This document shows, piece after piece, positions 57,286 to 64,000 of a DNA stretch of 64,000 nt. The number at the start of each line of letters is the position of its first letter. Within the stretch, counting starts at the first letter, position 1. The position numbers and the translations under genes are program-made. The notes below the pieces were generated by a model. That model was not told the DNA's origin. It was given only the letters and a program-made list of their open reading frames with translations, and searched no databases. The stretch lies in the NCBI GenBank assembly GCA_964429015.1, contig CAYSAM010000002.1, positions 25,158 to 89,157 on the forward strand. The letters run 5' to 3'. The DNA is from an uncultured Pseudomonadales bacterium (GTDB taxonomy: Bacteria > Patescibacteriota > Microgenomatia > UBA1400 > MFAQ01).

Positions 57286-57306
57286 AATCTACGATCTACG
57301 ATCTAC
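57286..57306. repeat. 7-mer tandem repeat (GATCTAC)
   Basis: aatctac gatctac gatctac immediately before the prmC -10. Confidence 0.65.
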
Positions 57307-57318
57307 TATAATACTCCC

Positions 57319-58068
57319 ATGCCCCGCCAACTTTCTCCTTACGAAAAAAACTTTCTAACCAAACACCACTTTGATTTAAACTTACCGGAACTCCAAACCG
57401 AAATACCAGTAGAATATTTAGTTGGCAAAGCTGAATTTCGAGGGCTAGACTTTTTTGTCAATAACTCTACTCTAATTCCCAGAATAGAAACAGAAAAAAT
57501 AGTTGATCTTGCACTAGAAAATATTATGGAAAAATTCTCTACTCGCAACAAAATAATCATTGCTGATGTTTGTACAGGATCGGGGTGTATTGGAGTCTCA
57601 CTTGCCTTAGAACTCGTAAAGCACAACTATGACTTTCATGTCTATTTTTCTGATATTTCCCAAGAAGCACTCAAAATTGCCCAAAAAAACTTTAGTTATT
57701 TTTTACCTGACTATAAAAATTTCGCCTCATTTTTATATTCAAATCTTTTTGACAAATATCCATTGGATACAAACATAGACCTAGTTCTCTCAAACCCTCC
57801 CTACATTCCAAGCAACAGAATAAAAACACTAGATGTCTCCGTCAAAAACTATGAACCAATAACTGCCCTAGATGGCGGACAAGATGGGCTTTTATTTATC
57901 AATAAAATTATAGATGACTTGGCAAACATCCAAAACAAGGTTAACGCAATTATCGAGATAGATGAGATTCATACATTGCAAGATATAAAAAAAAGCGAGA
58001 GCTACAAACTCTCGCTTATCAAAGACACGTTCGGTGTCAATCGCTTCTTATCTCTTTTTTCTTTTTAA
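57319..58068 (+). CDS. prmC: release factor glutamine methyltransferase (short N-terminus)
   Basis: PVEYLVG, LIPRIETE, DVCTGSGCI, NPPYI, EP..ALDGG.DGL. Confidence 0.92.
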   Translation: MPRQLSPYEKNFLTKHHFDLNLPELQTEIPVEYLVGKAEFRGLDFFVNNSTLIPRIETEKIVDLALENIMEKFSTRNKIIIADVCTGSGCIGVSLALELVKHNYDFHVYFSDISQEALKIAQKNFSYFLPDYKNFASFLYSNLFDKYPLDTNIDLVLSNPPYIPSNRIKTLDVSVKNYEPITALDGGQDGLLFINKIIDDLANIQNKVNAIIEIDEIHTLQDIKKSESYKLSLIKDTFGVNRFLSLFSF

Positions 58069-58272
58069 AACTTTTTTCTTGGCTTTTACCACTTGAGTTT
58101 TAACTTTAGCTACTTGAGCTTTACCTTTTTTAACAGCTTTTTTTACTTCACCAGCAACCATCTCTCTATTTTCTTTTTTACTAAGAAACATTCCCGCTAC
58201 TCCAGCAGCTACACCAATAACAGCAGCTCCTACGGCAGCGAACAAATTCATATTATTTTTTTTGGCAGGCAT
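58048..58272 (-). CDS. small basic membrane-anchored protein (YtxH-like)
   Basis: GAAVIGVAAGVAG hydrophobic segment followed by a Lys-rich helix. Confidence 0.65.
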   Translation of the reverse strand: MPAKKNNMNLFAAVGAAVIGVAAGVAGMFLSKKENREMVAGEVKKAVKKGKAQVAKVKTQVVKAKKKVLKRKKR

Positions 58273-58334
58273 TTTTGTTTTTTTGCTTACTAACTTTTAA
58301 TAAATTCATTATGCCACAAAAACAAAATCTCTGC

Positions 58335-58365
58335 AAAAAAAAGCCCCCTGTAAAAACAAGGGGGC
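58335..58365 (-). terminator. intrinsic terminator closing the four-gene operon
   Basis: Minus strand GCCCCCTTG-TTTTTA-CAGGGGGC followed by T8, 17 nt after the vWA stop. Confidence 0.85.
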
Positions 58366-58382
58366 GAGAAAATAAAATTAAA

Positions 58383-59207
58383 CTACGGCTGTCCAAAACC
58401 ACCAGCAGCGGCTTGTGAAAACGGCTTTGCGCCCTGACTTCCGCGAGCAGCTGTCTGAGAGAACGTACCAAAATTCAAGCGAATATCATGCTTGTTTGCG
58501 GTCGTGGTGAGAATCCATTTGTCCTGGATACCCATCCGCTTAAACACATCACGGAAGTCAGTACCATGTTTATCTTGGATACCCATAGCAGACACAATAT
58601 GTGTTTCATCTTGGAGAATCTCTGACACAATATCTTTCACACTTTCAGGGGTAGTAAACCGCCTACTGTGCTGGTCATAACCGTCAGTTACGATTAAGGT
58701 GGCAGAGCGAACAGGCTTTCCGCGATTTGAAAATTCCTGCGTCTTAGCCATAAGGTCCCCCAAGGCAACGACAGACATATCATAAAGAGGAGTTCCACCA
58801 TTAGCCTGATAGTTGCTTGCATCCAAAACTGGAACCTGAGCTATCGGGGTAAAGGGAATAACGACTGTACCATTCAAGTAACGTACGCACATAAGTACAG
58901 CATTGTTTGAATTACTTTCCATAAGCGCTTCACGAACAACATTAACCCCATCACGAATTGCTTGTTCGTTTCCAGCTTCAGCAATCGATCCAGAGTCATC
59001 AACCAGAATGGTAACCAAATAAACCTCATTTGGCCCCTTTACGTCAACTGCAGGAACGCCCATTGCCTGATTGATTTGGTTAGCGATATCAGGAATTGAA
59101 AAAACGCTAACCGCCGCTTTTGACAGCACACCATCTTCATGTGCAGAGCCAAACAAACTTTGTACATTTGCAATACCAGCAGCTTTAGAACTATTTTGTG
59201 GGTTCAT
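58383..59207 (-). CDS. von Willebrand factor A domain protein (TerY-like)
   Basis: Intact MIDAS: ILVDDSGS, GGTPLYD, LIVTDG; AAGGAG SD. Confidence 0.88.
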   Translation of the reverse strand: MNPQNSSKAAGIANVQSLFGSAHEDGVLSKAAVSVFSIPDIANQINQAMGVPAVDVKGPNEVYLVTILVDDSGSIAEAGNEQAIRDGVNVVREALMESNSNNAVLMCVRYLNGTVVIPFTPIAQVPVLDASNYQANGGTPLYDMSVVALGDLMAKTQEFSNRGKPVRSATLIVTDGYDQHSRRFTTPESVKDIVSEILQDETHIVSAMGIQDKHGTDFRDVFKRMGIQDKWILTTTANKHDIRLNFGTFSQTAARGSQGAKPFSQAAAGGFGQP

Positions 59208-59234
59208 TTTTTATCTCCTTTAGACAGTACCAAC

Positions 59235-60263
59235 TTAGAACTTAATTCCCGGCCACGATTCAATCGGGTCGGTTGATTTCACGATATTCATGCCGGCTTT
59301 GGCAAAACGTTTGAATGCCGCGTCTGCAGCATCGGTGTGATCAACCACACCAGGAACGACAACAGGGCTTGTACAATCTTCCAACAAGTAAACTTTCTTA
59401 GCCAAAGTAGGATCAACAGCATTAATTTCGTCTAAGAAATCCGCAACTGTCCACGCTACACAATGACTCTTAGCTTGGCCAGCAATTGCGAGGTAGTCGT
59501 ATGCCTGTAGTTTCTTCACAAAGCCAGTGCTCTTCTGTGCAATCGCCTGTTTCATGGCAAAAAGAACTTCACCACGCAGCGCAGAATAGTTCTCAGATAA
59601 AACATTTCCACCCTTGATTTCATCTCCTGCGTCGACTTCGCGAGCCACATTATGGAAAAATACGGCTTCGTGCAAGGAAGCAACAAGTGCATGACCAATA
59701 CCACCGAGCATTGCGTGATATGGCCAAATTGTCAACTTATAACGACCGGCAGCTTCAAGTTGAGCTGTATACTCCAACAAGTAAGCTTGCAACCAAGCAT
59801 AGTTAACACCTGGAACACGACCAACAACACCAGGATTAATCATCCATTTGCCTTTTCTTACATCATCATTACTAATTTCAGTGTATGGAGCCGGGTGGTT
59901 TCCTCTTCCATCAACAATAAACATTGCATGGAAGATTTGCTGGATGTAGTGTGTGTCAAAAGTTAGTTCAATTCCGGAAATACGTCTCATCTCACGATAA
60001 ATCATTTCCGTCAAGCGTCGAATATCATCGACTGCGCCATTACCAGATCGACCACCAACAAAAAGTTCAAATCCGGGTGAACAAAAAGTGTTCTGAGCAT
60101 CAATGATCATCAAGCCAAAGCGTTTGGCATCTCGAGAAGATGGGGGGATGTTGTACTTTCTAGCCCAGTTTGGAGCATCAGTAGCCAGTTTTTCATATTT
60201 TGGTTCCCAGATCTTTCCAACGGCCTTCGGATCATAGTGAGCAGGTAAAGGTAAACTAGACAT
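59235..60263 (-). CDS. nicotinamidase/isochorismatase-family cysteine hydrolase (long form)
   Basis: IIDAQNTFC, FDTH, IWPYH, KG...ENYS, GQAKSHCV, EDCTS; D-K-C triad intact; AGGAG SD. Confidence 0.85.
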   Translation of the reverse strand: MSSLPLPAHYDPKAVGKIWEPKYEKLATDAPNWARKYNIPPSSRDAKRFGLMIIDAQNTFCSPGFELFVGGRSGNGAVDDIRRLTEMIYREMRRISGIELTFDTHYIQQIFHAMFIVDGRGNHPAPYTEISNDDVRKGKWMINPGVVGRVPGVNYAWLQAYLLEYTAQLEAAGRYKLTIWPYHAMLGGIGHALVASLHEAVFFHNVAREVDAGDEIKGGNVLSENYSALRGEVLFAMKQAIAQKSTGFVKKLQAYDYLAIAGQAKSHCVAWTVADFLDEINAVDPTLAKKVYLLEDCTSPVVVPGVVDHTDAADAAFKRFAKAGMNIVKSTDPIESWPGIKF

Positions 60264-60278
60264 TTTTTTCTCCTATTT

Positions 60279-62147
60279 TTATTTTATTGTTAGACTTAGA
60301 ATTTCTTTTTTTCTTATAACCAAAACACCACTCGAACTTGGAAGTAGGAATGAGTTTTTGTCAACATATGGCTCAGTATCCGGAAACACTTTTGTCTGTG
60401 TAACTTTTCCAGATACTATCTCAGAACGAACCAACCCCTCATCAGTAGCACTCAGTATAAAATTACCAACAGGAAGTTTGCCCCTGATATTTCCCAACCA
60501 AGAGCCATCACCTTCATCAGTTTCAGCCACTGCTTCAATTTCCCCCAGTGAGTTAATTACCTGTAAACGGTTTAGCAACTTTGGACCATTTTTTTCAGTG
60601 GTCATAAACCACGCCCGCGTGCTAGTAAAAACACAGGTAGAATCAACAAGCTGACCACGTGTCGGAGTAATATTCACAGAGTCATTTATTCCAGACCTAT
60701 CAGCGTCAAATGTAAATGCCCTGGTTAGATTCCCAACACGATAGAAACCAAAACCAAAACTTTCTCCAACCCAAAACATTGTCTGGCCCTCGAGCACTGT
60801 ACCTATTGGTTCAGGTCCAACATCTTCATCTCTGTATAAGATACCTCCACTAGCCCAGTACCTGTGTCTGGAATTGGCATCAATAAGTGGTAAGTTTCCA
60901 AAACTATCAACTGGAATATTATCAATGACCTTACCACCTTCTAAAACCACCATACGCCCATCTCTCGCAAGTATTGTCTTCTTCCCCGACACACGATATC
61001 GCAACCCAGGATCAAGATCTCCTACCAGAGCTACACTTCCACCTTCTCTGATGAAGTTCCCGTCTTCATGGAAGATATATTTCAAGGTTCCATTTTGGAC
61101 AGTTGCGTATATTACTACACCCCTAGTTTGAAAAAGAAAATCAATCTTTACAGAGCCGCGAATTTGAGTTACTTTCTTTGAAGCAACACCCTTTAAACAG
61201 TTTGGGCATATAGCCCTAGCATGCTCAATACCACAGTTGGAACATTTCTCAAAATTGATATCTAGTAATCTTAGGGGGAACTCTCCTCTCCAGCCTTTTT
61301 CAAAAGTTCTTGAAAAAATTTCCAAGAGCTCATCAGGCAAAATATTAAGTTGAGGTGCGTCCTTTGGATACTTCACCGCAGAGTTAAAAACACTAATGCC
61401 TCGCAAGGGTCTTTCGTCTAGCAGAACCTTTCTCATTTTATTTTTTGCAATATAAACGCCACCATAAGGCCTCACAAACAGCAAAGCTTCCATCAACATC
61501 GCCATATATGCATACCAATCAGAGTTTCTATCATGAGGTCTAATTAGCATCATCGATTTCAGGTTTGGATCACATAGCCGAGGATCCACGTAGTTCGCTG
61601 TAAACAGCTGGCTTAGATATTTCGAATTTCCCATACTATCAGCGTCAACAATTCTGCAAACTCCTTGTTTGAGTAATACATTCAAACTATTAAAATCAGA
61701 AATTACCCCACCAGCGTCTTCATGAACTTGTTTTACTGTAGGATGCAAATCGCGAAAATATCCCAACATTGCGTTGTTTCCAATACCTCCCCTTGTACGA
61801 AACTCAGGATCGAGGTATTTAAGCATCGGCTCAAAGCCTTTAAGTTTCTCCATAGAATAGCCCAATACCTTCTTCTCGTTTGCGTCAGTCAAAAGACTAA
61901 GTGGTATAACCACCTTTGAAGGAAGTTTTGAAAAGGGAAACTCTCTAAGTTTCGTCTGATGAACAGCTATCCTTTCTCTGGCACGTTCTTGTTGAACTGG
62001 ATCCTTTGAATATGTTGGGTCATCTGGAAGTTTGTAAATTTTGGCCAGTTTCTTCGGACCAATATCATAGATATACGCCTCACCTCCTTCACTAAAAAGT
62101 ATGTCGAGGAGAATTCGCATACTACCATCATAAGCAACTCTATACAT
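60279..62147 (-). CDS. Ser/Thr-type protein kinase (YegI-like) with Zn-finger and beta-rich C-terminus
   Basis: EGGEAYIY, LAKIY, VISDFNSLNVL, IVDADS, YVDP, DWYAY; CSNC...CPNC; GGAGG SD. Confidence 0.85.
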   Translation of the reverse strand: MYRVAYDGSMRILLDILFSEGGEAYIYDIGPKKLAKIYKLPDDPTYSKDPVQQERARERIAVHQTKLREFPFSKLPSKVVIPLSLLTDANEKKVLGYSMEKLKGFEPMLKYLDPEFRTRGGIGNNAMLGYFRDLHPTVKQVHEDAGGVISDFNSLNVLLKQGVCRIVDADSMGNSKYLSQLFTANYVDPRLCDPNLKSMMLIRPHDRNSDWYAYMAMLMEALLFVRPYGGVYIAKNKMRKVLLDERPLRGISVFNSAVKYPKDAPQLNILPDELLEIFSRTFEKGWRGEFPLRLLDINFEKCSNCGIEHARAICPNCLKGVASKKVTQIRGSVKIDFLFQTRGVVIYATVQNGTLKYIFHEDGNFIREGGSVALVGDLDPGLRYRVSGKKTILARDGRMVVLEGGKVIDNIPVDSFGNLPLIDANSRHRYWASGGILYRDEDVGPEPIGTVLEGQTMFWVGESFGFGFYRVGNLTRAFTFDADRSGINDSVNITPTRGQLVDSTCVFTSTRAWFMTTEKNGPKLLNRLQVINSLGEIEAVAETDEGDGSWLGNIRGKLPVGNFILSATDEGLVRSEIVSGKVTQTKVFPDTEPYVDKNSFLLPSSSGVLVIRKKEILSLTIK

Positions 62148-62156
62148 TCCGACCTC

Positions 62157-63008
62157 CTAAATTCTACTAGCCGTTACGATAGCCAAATCATCAGTTAAGA
62201 CTGGTGGGTAAATTTTTACTCGTTCATCTTTCCAGTTTATGACTCGCTTCTCACTAGCAAGCAAATTTAATCTTCCAACCAAATTACTTCGATTGTCGAA
62301 ATACGACACATTCTTCCAAAAATCTTCTGGATCTGCAATTTCAGTTGTTCCTGGCACACACTTTTTACTATCATTAAAAAACCCTTTAAGTCCATCCGTC
62401 GCCACCATTGCCGAATTTACGGTATTAGTTGAAGCAACTTTTTTAACCCTAATTTTTAAATCATCCGGAGCCATAACCTTTAGGCTTGTTTCGATCAAAT
62501 TGTACCCCAAGGCGGTAGGAAAATTATCTCTTGCGTCTGGTATCATTTCAAATTTCACGCCGTTCAAATAATAATACCCATCACCAACCCCAACGAACAG
62601 CGTAATATCTGGCGTGACTATCATACCTACAAGGGTGAACAAAAAGTAGCTCACAATATTATTGTGGTAGCTTCCACCTATTCCTCGAGCAATACTATCA
62701 ATTTCTCCCAGGGTATGCTTCTGAATATCTGCCCAAAAATTTTCATTTTGAAGGTAGAAGTTCCAGCGCCACTTAGAAATACTTTCAAGTCGGGAAACAA
62801 CATAGTTTGTTACAATTCCAACTCCAACTCTAGACCCCACTTCAGTATAAGTCTCAAAGGGAAAATTGCTATTTGAACAACCATCGGCAACAAACGACAC
62901 CATCAGATCTTTTTTTTCTTTTACTAAATACGCATCTTGGCAGTTCTTTTTTACCTTCACATGATCACCACCAATTACACTACCATGGCTATATCTCAGA
63001 GGAATCAT
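62157..63008 (-). CDS. PP2C-family protein phosphatase (YegK-like)
   Basis: GSVIG..H...NCQDA, VADGCS, FTL, GDG, ATDGL, DDLAIV; AAGGAG SD. Confidence 0.88.
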   Translation of the reverse strand: MIPLRYSHGSVIGGDHVKVKKNCQDAYLVKEKKDLMVSFVADGCSNSNFPFETYTEVGSRVGVGIVTNYVVSRLESISKWRWNFYLQNENFWADIQKHTLGEIDSIARGIGGSYHNNIVSYFLFTLVGMIVTPDITLFVGVGDGYYYLNGVKFEMIPDARDNFPTALGYNLIETSLKVMAPDDLKIRVKKVASTNTVNSAMVATDGLKGFFNDSKKCVPGTTEIADPEDFWKNVSYFDNRSNLVGRLNLLASEKRVINWKDERVKIYPPVLTDDLAIVTASRI

Positions 63009-63074
63009 CGTTTCTCCTTACTATATTTTATTATAAAAGTTCTAATACCCCACACTTAGTGTATTTATGACACA

Positions 63075-63102
63075 ATTATAGCCCACTTTTCTTTATTGTC
63101 AA
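63075..63102 (-). promoter_or_regulatory. consensus sigma70 promoter of the four-gene operon
   Basis: Minus strand TTGACA (63102-63097), 16 nt spacer, TATAAT (63080-63075). Confidence 0.75.
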
Positions 63103-63136
63103 TAGCAAGCTAACACAAGTCAGGTATACTTAACTC

Positions 63137-63892
63137 ATGTCCTGGATCTATACCATTCTTGCCTCCCTAGTAGAGGGTTTTACCGAGTTTCTCCCTATCT
63201 CCTCTACTGGTCACCTAATAGTCCTCAATCATCTTCTAAAAATCCAAGACTCCGACATAATCTCCTCTTTCAATATTTTTATTCAGCTAGGAGCCATCCT
63301 TGCAGTATTAAATCTTTACTATCAAGACCTTCTCAAAGACAAAAAAATATTACTCAATATCCTTATCTCATTTATACCGACAGCCATCATCGGTTTTACC
63401 TTATATCCACTTATAAAACGATACCTCTTAAGTAACCTACTTATTACCACAGCAAGTCTTTTTCTGGGAGGCATACTTATCTTTCTTTTACCAAAAACAA
63501 CAAAGTCAAAGGAGGTTAATCTTTTGGGATATTTTAAAATAGGTATTTTTCAGTCTCTTTCAGTTATTCCGGGTACGAGCAGAGCTCTAATGTCTATTAT
63601 TGGAGGACTATTCTCAGGCCTAAACATGGAAGAGGCTGTCAGATATTCTTTTCTATTGGCCATTCCCACCATAGGTGCAGCTACCGGCTTAGATTTAATC
63701 AAAAATAAAGAAATATTACTCCAGAATATAAATCTACTACCGTTTTTTCTTCTTGGGTTTACCCTATCATTTGTAACAGCAAAGTTAACCCTTAAATACT
63801 TTCTTGGTCTTGTCAAAAACAACTCCCTAAAGTTTTTTGGTTACTACAGAATTGCACTCGCACTCCTAATATATCTAGTACTACTGAGGTAA
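63137..63892 (+). CDS. uppP: undecaprenyl-diphosphate phosphatase
   Basis: VEGFTEFLPISSTGHL, IQLGAILA, PGTSR, SFLLAIP, FGYYR. Confidence 0.96.
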   Translation: MSWIYTILASLVEGFTEFLPISSTGHLIVLNHLLKIQDSDIISSFNIFIQLGAILAVLNLYYQDLLKDKKILLNILISFIPTAIIGFTLYPLIKRYLLSNLLITTASLFLGGILIFLLPKTTKSKEVNLLGYFKIGIFQSLSVIPGTSRALMSIIGGLFSGLNMEEAVRYSFLLAIPTIGAATGLDLIKNKEILLQNINLLPFFLLGFTLSFVTAKLTLKYFLGLVKNNSLKFFGYYRIALALLIYLVLLR

Positions 63893-63937
63893 TCCCCTCC
63901 AAACCACAAACCTTTTTATATATACTTATATTTAGTC

Positions 63938-64000
63938 ATGAATACTTTTTTAGAGCTCGCAGCCATCATAACTCTCGCCACCACTATTTCCATCTTCACA
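63938..64000 (+). CDS. start of a membrane protein, possibly a cation:proton antiporter (runs off window end)
   Basis: MNTFLELAAIITLATTISIFT; only 21 codons visible. Confidence 0.4.
   Translation, partial: MNTFLELAAIITLATTISIFT

Noticed and set aside
124-63822. Numerous short ORFs antisense to or nested in called genes (e.g. 124..306, 2124..2573, 15644..16228, 39602..40186)
   Set aside because: They are shadow frames of well-supported genes and carry no motifs of their own

Overview
AT-rich chromosomal segment that looks like a Patescibacteria/CPR genome, probably Microgenomates-like. This is inferred from gene content: ATP-dependent ligase, stand-alone PolI 5'-3' exonuclease, VirD4-like ATPase, class II RNR, split transketolase and compact packing. 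It uses genetic code 11 and most genes lie on the G-rich minus strand. Most of the window is housekeeping: pth, lig, recF, mutM, ftsH, trpS, nrdR-nrdJ, two class A PBPs around a GH18 hydrolase, a non-oxidative pentose-phosphate cluster, a Rrf2-led suf operon, prmC and uppP. Four things stand out. (1) A self-contained four-gene operon at 58383-63008 encodes a PP2C phosphatase, a Ser/Thr-type kinase with a Zn-finger, a nicotinamidase-like cysteine hydrolase and a vWA protein. It resembles the TerY-P triad plus an NAD-related enzyme, has its own promoter, Shine-Dalgarno sites and terminator, and is a candidate conflict/defence system. (2) The translation signals are unusual: a tRNA-Ile with a UAU anticodon, an initiator-type tRNA-Met lacking canonical D- and T-loops, a tRNA-Met ending 2 nt before the trpS start codon, and many apparently leaderless promoters. 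(3) Several short repeat families (7-mer and 8-mer tandem repeats, CGTC/GTAG-tagged palindromes) sit in intergenic DNA and also in frame inside ligase, MutM, SufU, SufC and CcdA. (4) There is an unexplained branched hairpin at 14600-14733 and a premature in-frame stop in sufS. All calls come from reading motifs by eye; no searches were run.
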